Virus record (IMG/VR): IMGVR_UViG_3300050821_016057
Coordinates: 35,862 to 99,861 of that record
Origin: a virus
DNA: 64,000 nucleotides
Strand: one strand, 5' to 3'
Notes under the pieces: generated by a model
What the model was told of the DNA's origin: nothing
What the model saw: only the letters and a program-made list of their open reading frames with translations
Databases searched by the model: none
Translations under genes and position numbers: made by a program
Shown here: positions 16,909 to 27,585 of the stretch, one piece after another
Numbering within the stretch: position 1 is the first letter of the stretch
Layout of the letters: every line of letters starts with the position of its first letter

Positions 16909-18855
16909 GTGCATGTGTCGCTGCTGCGGTTCTCGAACTGGAAGTGCTTCGCGGGTGAGCAGGAGGTCCGGCTGAAGCCGCTCGCCTACTCGGTGGTGGC
17001 CCGCCGGGTCGGGGAGGAGGAGCGGTCGAACTGGGGCGGCAAGACCACGTTCCTCCGGGGCGTCCACTTCCTGCTGTTCGGCGAGCACGGGGAGGCGACC
17101 GAAGACGGGTGGATCACGCGCGGGGAGGACGCGGGCGAGGTGGCCGGGCAGCTGTCGGACGGGTCCAGGCAGCTGTTCGTCCAGCGGCAGAGACGGCGGG
17201 GCAAGAGCACACAGTTGTTGGTCCGCGAGCTGCCGGACGGTCCGCCCATGAAGGGGGACGAGGCGCAGCGGTTCCTGGACGGGTTGGTGGGGATGGGCCG
17301 GGAGGACTTCCAGGCCACCTGCTACTTCGAGCAGCGGCAGATGGCCCGGCTGGTGCTGGCCCGCCCGCAGGAGCGGATGGACGTGATCGCGGCGTGGATG
17401 CGCCTCGGGCAGCTGGTCGAGGGCGAGGAGCTGGTGCGCAAGGAGCTGGGGGACGCCAGCTACGCGCTGCTTACTGAGCGGTCACGGCTGCAGGACGAGG
17501 AGCGGAAGATCGCCAACCTGCTGGGAGAGCGGGACCGCACCCAGCTGGTCGGGGAGTCGGGGTTGGCGGACGTGGGGCTGCTCCGCGCGCGGGACGAGTA
17601 CGAGGAGGCGCTGCAGCGGGCGGAGGCGGGCCGGCTGGCGGCGGGCACGCGGGTCCGGGTGGAGAGCTACGAGCGGATCGCCCGGGAGGGGAGGGAGCTG
17701 GCCGAGCGGCTCAAGGGGATGGACCTCGAGCAGCTGGCCCGGGCCGAGCAGCAGATCGAGGGATTGGTCAGGGCGGCGGCGGCCGACCTGGGCTCGGCCA
17801 AGCAGGAGGCGACGGAGCGGCGCAGGGTCGCGCTCGGTCAGTTCGACGGCCGGTGCCCGGTCGCGGGGGTGACGTGCCCGGTCAAGGACGACATCAACAA
17901 CCAGGGGGTGCGGTCCAGGAAGGCGCTGGAGGTGGCGGCCCAGAACGTGGCCAGGGAGGAGGGCGCGTACAACGAGGTGGTGGCCCGGCTGACCCCGGCG
18001 AAGGCGGCCCACCAGGAGGCGCTGCGGCTCAAGGCGAGGATCGACACGCTGCGCGAGCAGATCGAGCCGTTCCACCGCGAGTACCGGAGGGCGAGGGAGC
18101 AGACGCCGGTCGACATGGAGGCGCTCAACCGGGAGGTGAGCGGTTGCCTCCAGCGGGTGTCCGAGGCCGAGCGGGTGGTGGGCGCGCTCCAGCGCGGGCT
18201 GGCCGAGCTGGACCGGGCGCTGGCCGAGCGGGAGCGACTGCGGGGCGTGGTGGCCGGGATGGAGGCGGCGTGCGCCACCCACCGGGAGGCCGCGCTGGTG
18301 TTCGGCAAGCAGGGGGCGCAGCGGAGGGTGGCCGAGCTGGCGCTGCGCGGCATCGAGGACGGGGCGAACGCGATGCTGCGCGAGTGCGGGATCGACCTGT
18401 CGGTGGAGGTCCGTTGGAGCCGGGAGGGGCAGGGGCTGGCCAAGGCGTGCGACGCGTGCGGGAGCCCGTTCCCGGCGAGCGCCCGGGTGAAGCGGTGCGA
18501 GCGGTGCGGGGCCGAGCGCGGCCAGCTGACCGTGAACCGGCTGGAGCTCGACTTGTCCGACCGGAGCGGGGCGGCCGAGGACCTGGCGGGCGCGGCCATC
18601 CAGCTGTCGGCCAGCGCGTGGCTGCGGGGCGAGCGGGCGAGCGGCTGGGGGACGGCGCTGCTGGACGAGCCTTTCGGCCAGTTGGACGCGGCGAACCGGC
18701 GGGCGTTCGCCACCCACCTGGCGGCGATGCTGCGGGGCCGGTACGGGTTCGAGCAGGCGCTGGTGGTCAGCCATACCGCCGACACCACCCACATGCTGCC
18801 CGGTCGAATCGAGATCACCAACGACGGGGGGCGCGCTACCGTCAGGGTGGCATGA
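16909..18855 (+). CDS. sbcC: SbcC/Rad50-like ATPase
   Basis: SNWGGKTT, FEQ Q-loop, coiled coil, RSGAAE signature, LLDEPFGQLD, VSH. Confidence 0.9.
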   Translation: MHVSLLRFSNWKCFAGEQEVRLKPLAYSVVARRVGEEERSNWGGKTTFLRGVHFLLFGEHGEATEDGWITRGEDAGEVAGQLSDGSRQLFVQRQRRRGKSTQLLVRELPDGPPMKGDEAQRFLDGLVGMGREDFQATCYFEQRQMARLVLARPQERMDVIAAWMRLGQLVEGEELVRKELGDASYALLTERSRLQDEERKIANLLGERDRTQLVGESGLADVGLLRARDEYEEALQRAEAGRLAAGTRVRVESYERIAREGRELAERLKGMDLEQLARAEQQIEGLVRAAAADLGSAKQEATERRRVALGQFDGRCPVAGVTCPVKDDINNQGVRSRKALEVAAQNVAREEGAYNEVVARLTPAKAAHQEALRLKARIDTLREQIEPFHREYRRAREQTPVDMEALNREVSGCLQRVSEAERVVGALQRGLAELDRALAERERLRGVVAGMEAACATHREAALVFGKQGAQRRVAELALRGIEDGANAMLRECGIDLSVEVRWSREGQGLAKACDACGSPFPASARVKRCERCGAERGQLTVNRLELDLSDRSGAAEDLAGAAIQLSASAWLRGERASGWGTALLDEPFGQLDAANRRAFATHLAAMLRGRYGFEQALVVSHTADTTHMLPGRIEITNDGGRATVRVA

Positions 18856-19079
18856 CCACCCACGACTGGTACGGGATCGCCGTCTACTGCGTGGTGTTCG
18901 TCGTGCACTTCTACTCGTGGGCGGACGGGGCCAAGAAGGGGTACCGGCTGGCGCTCAAGCACGTGGGCGACGAGCACGCGCGCGACCTGCGGGGCATGTT
19001 CCGGTGGGAGGTGCCCCGGACCCCCTGGGAGATCGTGGAGAAGTTGATGGCCGAAGACCTCGTGGACCGTGGGCGATGA
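18852..19079 (+). CDS. Small membrane protein
   Basis: N-terminal hydrophobic stretch; ATGA coupling. Confidence 0.6.
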   Translation: MTTHDWYGIAVYCVVFVVHFYSWADGAKKGYRLALKHVGDEHARDLRGMFRWEVPRTPWEIVEKLMAEDLVDRGR

Positions 19080-19686
19080 GTTCGACCCGGATTGCCCCGA
19101 GGACCGGGTGGACGGCGGCGCCTGGTACGGGTGGTGGGCGGTGAGGGGACCCAAACCCGGGTTTGGGGTCGGGCCGGCCGTGCTGGGCCTGGACCTGTCG
19201 CTGCGCGGGGCGGGGGCGGTGGTGCTGCCGGGCTGCTGGGACCCGTCCCGCCCCAACGCCGGGGTGGTGGCGCACCGGTTCACCGAGGAGGGTCGGCTGG
19301 AGGGGAGGGAGCGGCAGGCGGCGATCGTCCGGGGGGTGTGGCGGCTGGCCGTCCAGCAGGCGGTCAAGTGGGCGTTCGTGGAGGAGCACTCGTTCAGCAA
19401 GGGGCTGATGAAGCACGCGTACGCGCGGGCCGAGCTGGTGGGGGCGGTCAAGAACGACCTCTGGTCGCAGCTGGGGATCGAGGTCGTGCCCGTGGTGGCG
19501 AGCAGCGCGCGCAAGCTCCTGTTCGGCCCGCAGCGGCGGATGACTTCCCGTGAGTGGAAACAGTTCATCCAGGCCGGCTTCGGGGACATGGGGCTCGACC
19601 TGCCCGACGAGGACACCCGGGACGCGATGGTGGTGGCGAACGCGGGCCGGCACGTCCGCGGACTGGTCTGCCTGTCCGCGGGGTGA
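19069..19686 (+). CDS. RuvC-like Holliday junction resolvase
   Basis: VLGLDLS, FVEE, ARKLLFG, EDTRDA. Confidence 0.8.
   Translation: MGDEFDPDCPEDRVDGGAWYGWWAVRGPKPGFGVGPAVLGLDLSLRGAGAVVLPGCWDPSRPNAGVVAHRFTEEGRLEGRERQAAIVRGVWRLAVQQAVKWAFVEEHSFSKGLMKHAYARAELVGAVKNDLWSQLGIEVVPVVASSARKLLFGPQRRMTSREWKQFIQAGFGDMGLDLPDEDTRDAMVVANAGRHVRGLVCLSAG
19150..19167. repeat. 18-bp palindrome copy 5
   Basis: Exact match just before the RuvC core. Confidence 0.95.
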
Positions 19687-19741
19687 CGGGAGACTCGCGC
19701 GGGCGAGTTTGGTGACATAAGGTTCTTGCTGGAGGAACGCG

Positions 19742-20293
19742 ATGGCTAAGTCGGGACTGTCGATGTGGGCTGAGCGCGGTGGATACTCCGCCGAGGATCG
19801 TCGCGTCGGTTCCAGGATGCGCGCGGGCATCCAGCGGGAGGAGCGGGAGGCCGCCGCCAGGGACGCGTCCGGGGAGAAACCCAAGGAACCCACCCCGCAG
19901 GAGCGGGCGGATAAACACGCCGCGGAGTCCAACAGGCTGCGGGGCATCGCCGCGGCCAAGTTGGCCTCGGGCGGCAAATACGCGGAGGAGGACAGCGAGA
20001 ACGTGAACCGGCTGGCCCACGAGGAGAGGCAGAAGGCGGAGGCCTGGAAGTCAACGGTCGCGGCGAACAGCGCCAGCGAGAAGGCCCGCGACAGTGGCAC
20101 CCGGGACGACCACGCGAGCGCGGCGGCCGCGCACGACACCGCCAAGTCCCAGCACGCTCAGTTGAACACGACTGCGCCGGCCAGCGCGCAGCAGGAGAAG
20201 GTCCACAGGCAGGCGGCGGCCGAGCACCGCGCCAAGTCCGCGGGCGGGGACGACCACCCGCGGGACGACCACGGGCGGTTCGCCGCCAAGTAG
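19742..20293 (+). CDS. Ala/His-rich protein ending in HPRDDHGRF (possible virion-associated protein)
   Basis: GGAGG RBS; variant motif GTGACATAAG at 19712. Confidence 0.6.
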   Translation: MAKSGLSMWAERGGYSAEDRRVGSRMRAGIQREEREAAARDASGEKPKEPTPQERADKHAAESNRLRGIAAAKLASGGKYAEEDSENVNRLAHEERQKAEAWKSTVAANSASEKARDSGTRDDHASAAAAHDTAKSQHAQLNTTAPASAQQEKVHRQAAAEHRAKSAGGDDHPRDDHGRFAAK

Positions 20294-20329
20294 TCAAAGC
20301 GTGTTAGAGCTTGTGCCTCGGAGGCGCGA

Positions 20330-21763
20330 GTGAGGAAGACCAAGGCGGCGGTGCCCACCGGGCACGAGCGGGTGGAGAAGCCGTTCATCCGAAAGTTCAA
20401 CTCGGCGAACAGGAAGGCCCGCCCGGGCAAGCCGTCGCCCACCATGATCAGCAACGCGCCGGACACCGCCCCTCTCGTCCGAGAGGGGCCCATCGCGGGC
20501 GACGGCGCGTACGCGGGGCTGCTGTCGCGCGAGCTGCCCCGGGAGGCGCCCGCGGCCCGCGGGATGACGCTGGCCAGCTTCTTCTGCTGCGGGGGCGGGA
20601 TCGACCTGGGTTTCCGCTCGGCCGGCTTCCGGACCGCGTTCGCCAACGACATCCACCAGGCGGCGGCCGACACGTTCGCCGACAACCTGGGCCACCGGCC
20701 GCTCCTGCGGACAATCCGCGAGGTCGGCCCGGCCGACTACCCGGGGGGGCCGGTGGACGTGGTGACGGGCGGGTTCCCGTGCGTGACGTTCAGCATGGCG
20801 GGCCGGCGGGCCGGCGTGACCGACGACGAGAACGGCAAGCTGTACCTGGAGCTCTGCCGGGTCATCCGCGAGCTGAACCCCAGGTACTTCGTGGCCGAGA
20901 ACGTGAAGGGGATGCTGAGCGCGAACGGCGGGCAGGCGGTCAAGCTGGTGCTGGCCGCGTTCCTGCGACTCGGATACCGGACCCAATACGAGATGGTCAA
21001 CATGGCCGAGCACGGGGTGCCGCAGACGCGCGAGAGGGTGATCTTCGTCGGGGTGAGGGTCGACCAGTGGCGGGGCTCGTTCCTGTTCCCGCGGAGGACG
21101 CACCGGCTGCGGGACGACAGGCGCGCCAAGATGTGGCTGCCGGTGGCGAGGACGCTGGCGGAGGCGGTGGGCGACCTGGGCCCGCCCGGCGAGCGGCTAA
21201 GGGGGATGATGCACGCGGACGCGGCCGCCAAGGTGGGCAAAGTGGGGATCACCAACGGGTTCCAGAACAGCCGGCCTAGGAGCCCGGTGGACCCGTCTCA
21301 CTCGCAGACCAGCTCGGGGGCCAACGTGCTGATCGTGGACGCCAACCACGCGCGCAACGACGAGCCGGTCAGCGCCACCTACGCGATGAGCAAGCGGGTG
21401 GCCAGGCGTGGGCGACCGTCACCCACGCTCGTGAGCGAGGCCGCCAACGTGCAGCCCTTCATCAGGGACGGCCGCGACGTCGTCGCGGCGAGGAACCCCG
21501 ACTTCCACAACCCGCTGCGGGCGGCCAGCGGTCCGTCGCCGACCATGACCTCGGGCGGGCAGACCGAGGTGGTGGAGCGGTCGGGCGGGATGCGCAGGAT
21601 GACGGCCCGCGAGTGCGCGCGCGTGCAGAGTTTCCCGGACTGGTACGAGTTCGCGGGCAGCCAGGCCGACCAGTACAGGATCATCGGGAACGCCGTGCCC
21701 CCGCTCTACGCGAAGGCCCTGGCGCTGGCGCTCATCGAGTACGACGGAAGGGAAAAGGCGTGA
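20330..21763 (+). CDS. C5 cytosine DNA methyltransferase with several TRD-like repeats
   Basis: FCCGGG, GGFPC, ENVKG, PQTRERV, RECARVQSFPD, IGNAVPP. Confidence 0.93.
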   Translation: MRKTKAAVPTGHERVEKPFIRKFNSANRKARPGKPSPTMISNAPDTAPLVREGPIAGDGAYAGLLSRELPREAPAARGMTLASFFCCGGGIDLGFRSAGFRTAFANDIHQAAADTFADNLGHRPLLRTIREVGPADYPGGPVDVVTGGFPCVTFSMAGRRAGVTDDENGKLYLELCRVIRELNPRYFVAENVKGMLSANGGQAVKLVLAAFLRLGYRTQYEMVNMAEHGVPQTRERVIFVGVRVDQWRGSFLFPRRTHRLRDDRRAKMWLPVARTLAEAVGDLGPPGERLRGMMHADAAAKVGKVGITNGFQNSRPRSPVDPSHSQTSSGANVLIVDANHARNDEPVSATYAMSKRVARRGRPSPTLVSEAANVQPFIRDGRDVVAARNPDFHNPLRAASGPSPTMTSGGQTEVVERSGGMRRMTARECARVQSFPDWYEFAGSQADQYRIIGNAVPPLYAKALALALIEYDGREKA

Positions 21764-22551
21764 TGGCTACCAAGAAGGTGAGGCAGAAGGTGTCGGCGTC
21801 GAAGCCGGAGGGGCTCAAGGTGCCGGTCCCCCAGCAGGTCAAGCTGGCCGATCTGCAGTTCGCCCCCTACAACCCACGCAGCATCTCCCGGGAGGTGATG
21901 GGGGCGCTCAAGGCCAGCCTGCGGAAGCACGGGATGGTCCTGACGCTGGTGGTGCAGAAGCTGAGCGGGGCCCACGGGCCGATGGTGCTGATCGGCGGGC
22001 ACCAGCGGGTGCGGGCCATGCGGGAGCTCTGCGCGGCCGAGGGGTGGCCGGAGCCGGCCGAGGTGTCGGCGGTCGTGCTGGACGTGGGGGACGCGGAGGC
22101 CAAGCAGCTCAACGTGTCGCTCAACAACATCGAGGGGGAGTTCGACCCCTACAAGCTGGGCGAGATGTTCCGCGACATCCGCCCCGCCATGACCATGGAC
22201 GACGTGCTGGCCACCGGGTTCGCCCCGGTGGAGATCGACGAGATGATCAACCTGCTGGCGAGCCCGGACGACGCGGCGCGCCTGCTCGAGGAGAACATCG
22301 GCGACCTGGGCGGGTTCGGTTCCAGCATCACGCTGAGCATCGAGTTCGCGACCGTGGAGTCCAGGGACGAGGCCAAGTCGATTCTGAAGGCGGCCGCCCA
22401 GCACTCGGGCAAGAAGCCCGGGGACCTGATGCTCCGGGCGGTGAAGGCGTCGGACGTGCTCGGCAAGCTGGGCGGCCCGCGGCATAAGGGTGGGGATGGC
22501 AAGTCGAAGGCGAAGGGCGCCCCTAGGGCAGCAGCACCTCAGCGAGCGTAG
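21763..22551 (+). CDS. ParB/Srx N-terminal domain protein
   Basis: PYNPR, SLRKHG, IGGHQR, LNVSLNNIEGEFD. Confidence 0.85.
   Translation: MATKKVRQKVSASKPEGLKVPVPQQVKLADLQFAPYNPRSISREVMGALKASLRKHGMVLTLVVQKLSGAHGPMVLIGGHQRVRAMRELCAAEGWPEPAEVSAVVLDVGDAEAKQLNVSLNNIEGEFDPYKLGEMFRDIRPAMTMDDVLATGFAPVEIDEMINLLASPDDAARLLEENIGDLGGFGSSITLSIEFATVESRDEAKSILKAAAQHSGKKPGDLMLRAVKASDVLGKLGGPRHKGGDGKSKAKGAPRAAAPQRA
22479..22488 (+). promoter_or_regulatory. GCGGCATAAG motif, leaderless ATG 22496
   Basis: 7 nt to ATG. Confidence 0.7.
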
Positions 22552-23002
22552 CCGGCCCCGGGCGGTGCTGGTCGACGAGGACAACCCGTACTCAACGGAC
22601 CCGCGGTACGCCCTGTACCCGTACCCGGTCAACAGCGCGGGTCACCGCCTGCAGAGCAAGGTCATGGGCGCGTCGCTGTCCGACTATCTGGCCATGGGTC
22701 GGGAGAACCTCTGCCTGAGCAGGTGGTCGACGGCCGGCGCCAGGGATGGGGTGGCGCGCGTCGTCGGTGCGTACCACCCCGACGCGCCGCTGGTGCTGCT
22801 GGGGGTGAAGGTGGCGAGGGCGTTCGGGCTCCGCGGGGCGCCGTTCACGTGGGGGTGCCACCCCGTGCCCGCCGCGGGCGGCCCCGAGCGGAGGGTGGTG
22901 GTGTTCCTCCCGCACCCGAGCGGCAGGTGTCGGGCGTGGAACGACCCCGACTCCTACGAGTCGGCCAGGCGCGCCCTCAGGGGGGCCGGGGTGGTTGATT
23001 GA
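22496..23002 (+). CDS. Uracil-DNA glycosylase superfamily-like protein
   Basis: SAGHRL, VLLGVKVARAF, LPHPSGRCRAWN. Confidence 0.7.
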   Translation: MASRRRRAPLGQQHLSERSRPRAVLVDEDNPYSTDPRYALYPYPVNSAGHRLQSKVMGASLSDYLAMGRENLCLSRWSTAGARDGVARVVGAYHPDAPLVLLGVKVARAFGLRGAPFTWGCHPVPAAGGPERRVVVFLPHPSGRCRAWNDPDSYESARRALRGAGVVD

Positions 23003-24821
23003 CACCCTTCGGCAGGATGGTTCGCCGGCTGCTCGAGCGGGCGGCGGGGGCGCTGGACGACGGGCCGGAGGCGCCGGCCCGCCTGGGCGAGATGGTGATC
23101 GCGTACGCGAACAGCGCCCCGCACGCGACCCGGGCCGAGTGGATCGCGTACGCGATGGCGCACTCGGCCGAGTGCTACCGGTCCGGCTACCGGCGGGGGC
23201 GCGAGGAGGCGGAGCGGCCCGAGCTGGACCCGGACCGGGTGGCGGACGAGCTGGACCCGGACTGGCGGTGGTCGCCCGACATCCGGCTGGTCGGGGACGC
23301 GGGCGTGGTGGTGATGGAGGAGAACGACCAGGGGGAGCTTGAGAGGCGGGAGATAGACGGTTACCAGTCTTGGGTGCAGTGGCGGAACAGGAGGCGAGGA
23401 TGACTGACGAGCAGATGCCGGACACCGAACCGGAGTCGAAGTACCAGTGGGCGGAGGACCTGGCCGAGCAGAAGGCGTGGGTGCTTCACACGCCTTCCCG
23501 GGCGGTGTCCCGGGTCAAGGCGTTCTATGACGGGGTCGCGCGCGTGATGGTTTCGGAGATCAACCGGCTGCCCGTGAAGGGGCCGGTGGTCGAGCTGGAG
23601 GACGGGAACACGTTCGTGGCCGAGCAGCGGTGCTTCGTCGCCATGGAGCCGCGCGAGGTCGACTACTACCAGGCCGCGCAGAAGACGGTCGGGCTGGCCG
23701 CGAAGGCGGCGGCCGAGAACGCGGCCGCGCGCGGGATCCCGAAGACGACCGCGCTGATGCTGCTCGGGGTGGCGCTGCGCGCGACCGCCCGGGTGACCGA
23801 CGTGGTCTCGGCCGCACCCTCGACGATGCCCAGGGGGTCGTGATGGACCAGCAACCCACCCCACCGATCTCGACGTTGTCGGCGGCCGCCGCCCACAGCA
23901 CCGTGATCGCGATGGCCAACATGTACTCGGGGGTGATCGCCGACTACGAGCGGCAGCTGCAGATGATGCAGGCGATGGTCCGGGCCACCAAGGCGGGCGA
24001 GCAGGCGGCCGACCAGAAGATCAAGGAGCTGGAGGGGATCATGAGGGAAGGCCGGACGGCCAACTCGGCGCTGGTCGACCGGCTGAACGCCAGGGCGCCG
24101 GCCGGGATCCCGGACGCGCTGGCCAGCCGGCTGATGGCGCTCCTGCCCGCCGGGGAGACGGGGGTGCTGATCTGCTCGGACGAGGAGCTGGTCGAGCGGC
24201 TGGAGGCGCTGGTGCGCCCGCGGGTGGGGCACGGGGGATGAGGAGGCGCCGCGACATCCTGGTGGACGAGCCGCTGGCCGTGTCCCGGCTGCTCGACCCC
24301 GAGGAGGTGATCAAGCGGGACGGGCCCAAGGCGTCGGCGTGGCTGGTGGCCCGGTACCGCCGAAAGCTGCGCCGGGAGGGGGAGGCGCAGTTCCACATCG
24401 ACGTGAACGCCCGCACGCCGCCGTGGTTCATGGTGGCGGTCGAGTTCCTGAAGCGGCGGGTGGGCTGGCAGGTGGTGGTGCTCGAGCAAGCGGGCCGGCG
24501 CACCTACCGGGTAGTGTGGTTGGGCAAGGTGAGGTTCGGCAGGCAGAAGGAGGTCAGGCTATGGCGGAGGAACTGAGCGGTTGGCAGGAGTACGTGCCCC
24601 GGTACGCCGAGCACGTGAAGGGCCGGTACACGCGGGTGACGGTCGAGGACGGCAGGCGCCAACCCCAGCTCGTCGAGGCCCGGTGCGAGCGGTGCGGGGC
24701 CTGGTACCGGAACGAGTGCCGGCAGGGCAGGCCGCGCCAGCACGTGGCGCTGTTCGCCCGGCAGCACCTGCACCCGGCCGGGCTCCAGGACAAGCGGGCC
24801 AACTTGCCGGTGCCCAGGTGA
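22999..24821 (+). other. Run of five hypothetical CDS (22999-23403, 23400-23843, 23843-24241, 24238-24576, 24561-24821)
   Basis: Overlapping start/stop codons, GC3-biased codons. Confidence 0.6.
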
Positions 24822-25171
24822 GCGGCGAGGCGAAGAGGGTGCCGGTGGACTTCCGGTACGACGCCCTGAACCCGGCGTTCCTGAAGTGGATGGCGCGGAT
24901 CGGGTCCTACGCGGCCGACAAGTACGGCTCGTGGGAGCAGTACCGGGAGACCCGGCTGGTGGGCGAGAAGTCGCCCGTCAACCACATGTACGAGCACCTC
25001 CGGCAGTACCAGGTGGGCGAGCCGCACGACCACTTCGACGGGGACGTGCGCTGGCACCTGGTGGCCGTCGCGTACAACGCGATGATGGAGTTCTACTACT
25101 GCACCCGGTGGGGCCACCCCGAGCACCCGCTGGAGGTCCCAAACCCGGGTTTGGGAGACGGGGCGGCATAA
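24818..25171 (+). CDS. DUF5664-like dATP/dGTP diphosphohydrolase domain protein
   Basis: FRYDALNP, SYAADKYG, HL.QY..GE..D, HLVAVAYNAMM. Confidence 0.7.
   Translation: MSGEAKRVPVDFRYDALNPAFLKWMARIGSYAADKYGSWEQYRETRLVGEKSPVNHMYEHLRQYQVGEPHDHFDGDVRWHLVAVAYNAMMEFYYCTRWGHPEHPLEVPNPGLGDGAA
25138..25155. repeat. 18-bp palindrome copy 6
   Basis: Exact match at the gene 3' end. Confidence 0.95.
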
Positions 25172-25172
25172 G
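25163..25172 (+). promoter_or_regulatory. GCGGCATAAG motif
   Basis: Exact motif; GGAGG RBS and ATG 25191 follow. Confidence 0.7.
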
Positions 25173-25190
25173 GTCGTCGGAGGTGACGCG

Positions 25191-27512
25191 ATGGACCGAG
25201 ACGGGGCGAAGAAGAAGGAGGCGACGACCAAGTACCTGCGGGCCGTGTTCGGGCTGGAGTCGGCCGTGAAGGCGGCCGAGCTGCCGAGCAACCAGCACAA
25301 CCACCACGCTGAGCAGCTGGTGCGGGCGAGCCGGGAGCTGGTAGACATCCTGATCGCTGACCTGGAGAGGGAGCCTCGCCGATGAACGACGTGATGGTGG
25401 GAGGGGAGCGGCTGCCGACCGACCTGGGGTGGCTGGGGAGCCGGCGGCAGGTGGACGAATGGGTGACCCGGTACGCGCCGCACATGCTGGTCGAGTTCGG
25501 GAACGCGCTGAGGAAGTACGAGCTGGCCGGCCAGGTGATGGTGCCGATCGGCCTCCAGGTGAACGTGGAGGGGGAGTGGCGGTTGCTGGCCGTGGAGCTG
25601 CTGGGCGGGGGCGGCCGGGCGGTGGCCTCGTCGCAGCGCGCGATCAGGTTGCCCGAGTGAGCCGCCGGGACGACTGGACGCAGGCGCTCTGCGTGGCGCT
25701 CGTGAAGGACCGCGGTGTGACGGCCGCGGACGCGCTGCGCGTGCTCGAGCTGGCGGCCGCGCTGCCCGACGACAGCTTCCCCGAGATGACCGCGGCCGGG
25801 GTGGTGGCGTTCGTCCAGCACGGGCTGCGGGAGGGCGCGGCGCCCGGGTGGGTGGCGGAGGTCCGGGAGGGGGAGGCGCGGAACATCCGGGTGACGTCCA
25901 CCGGGACGGCGTCGTCGAACTGGACGCTGGCGGCCCGCCAGCTCTACGACGAGCTGCCCGAGGTGTTCCACCCGCTGTTCGTCGGCAATTCGATGGTCCG
26001 GTTGACCAGGGACGAGTGGGACGAGCTGGTGGCCTGGGTGCGCGGGGTGCCGGGCTGGCAGCAGGGCGATGCGCCCTTCATCGCGATCGCGGAGCGCAAG
26101 CCGTGAGGGACAGCTCGCTGGGCAAGCTGGTCAGGCTCTCGGAGAAGGAGGACCGGGACGCCGAGGACCTGGCGTTCGACCCGACCGTCAAGCGGCTCTG
26201 CGACCGGGACGGGTGCCAGAACGACGGCGAGCTGCGCCCCGTGCTGCTGCTCCAGCCGGGCCGCGACTACACGGGCAAGCCGATGAGGGTGCCGCTCGGC
26301 ATCGTGGTGTGCCCCACCCACGCGGAGCGGTCGCCCGACCGCTACATGAGCGACGAGATGTGGCAGGACATCGTCGGCGGGTTCAAGGCGCGGGACCTCG
26401 CCCCCCCGCACCGGTCGAGCACCCGGCTGGACTTCGACCCGCACCCCGGGTCGGTGGTGGCGGCGTCGGAGGGGGAGCGCTCGCCCGAGCGACTGGCCAT
26501 GGAGGCGACGGTCGACTACGTGGCCGGGGACGCGACGGTGTCGAACGCGCCGGCCGGGCTGACCCTGGAGGAGCGGAGGGTCGAGGTGCGCAGGCTGGGG
26601 CTCCAGCAGGCGGTGGAGAAGATGCGGCGGGTGATGCCCCGGGGCGGGTTCACGGTCGTGGACACGACGACCGACCAGGAGATCGACCAGGGGAAGTTCA
26701 AGTGCCGGGTCCAGTCGGAGACGGTGGGCGGGCCGGGCGTGATCGTCCCGGTGGCCCGCGGCAAGACCGACTGACGGGCCTGTGGTAGCTTCCCGGGCAT
26801 GGCGCGAGTCTGCCCTGCTAGCCGAACCGTCCCGGGCGAGTGCTGGTGCGCCAGGCACCGGAGCGGGGACGCGGTCGAGGACCGCCACCGGCAGCAGGTC
26901 GGGGAGGCCCGTTGGGAGTTCAAGGGCGGGGAGGCGCTCCACGTGTTCGTATCGTCCAAGCAGGGCGGGGAGGTCAGCCTGTGCAACCTCCGGCAGGCCG
27001 CGCCCGAGGAGGCGGCCCTGCGCCGCCGGCAGGGGCACCCGGACCCGACCGACCGCTGCCTGCAGTGCCGCCGGACCCTGACCAGCCGGGTGCCCAACGC
27101 CCGGATGCGCCGGTACCTGGCGGAGGCGGCCAGCCGCCCCCAGGAGCGGTCGGGGGTGAGGATGAGGACGATCGGGCGGTCGGGGGTCGGCTAGCCCTTC
27201 CTGGGGTGACGTCGCGGCGGCATAAGGGGTCCCATGGGAAGGCGAGAGAGGAGGCAGGCGACCGCGCTGGCCCGGAAGCACCCGGACCGGTTCGAGGCCC
27301 GGCAGTTCCGGTCGACGTGCTGGGCGTGCGGGCGGTTCAGGACCTTGTTCGCGGAGGGCGGGCAGATCCGGCTCAGGAACGACTGCGCGTGCCTGCCCGA
27401 GGGGGGGCGGGACGGGACCTGCCCGACGTGCGACGTCGTGGGGGGCCACGCGCACCTCTGCCCCAAGGTGGCCAAACCCAAGGGAGACGCAGGTGGACCT
27501 TCGGGAGGGTGA
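25191..27512 (+). other. Run of hypothetical CDS (25191-25385, 25382-25660, 25657-26106, 26103-26774, 26799-27194, 27234-27512), several Cys-rich
   Basis: Coupled starts/stops or leaderless starts. Confidence 0.6.
27217..27226 (+). promoter_or_regulatory. GCGGCATAAG motif, leaderless ATG 27234
   Basis: 7 nt to ATG. Confidence 0.7.
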
Positions 27513-27515
27513 GGA

Positions 27516-27533
27516 CCCAAACCCGGGTTTGGG
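27516..27533. repeat. 18-bp palindrome copy 7 (extends to 24 bp, GGA...TCC)
   Basis: Exact match. Confidence 0.95.
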
Positions 27534-27542
27534 TCCCGGGTG

Positions 27543-27552
27543 GCGGCATAAT
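27543..27552 (+). promoter_or_regulatory. GCGGCATAAT motif variant upstream of UvrD
   Basis: 1 mismatch to consensus. Confidence 0.65.
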
Positions 27553-27585
27553 GTGGGCGGGGCTGAGGCCCCGGAGGAGACCGAG

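Noticed and set aside
24818-25171. 2-aminoadenine (dZ) genome pathway
   Set aside because: A DUF5664-like gene alone is insufficient; no PurZ or DatZ is recognisable in the window.
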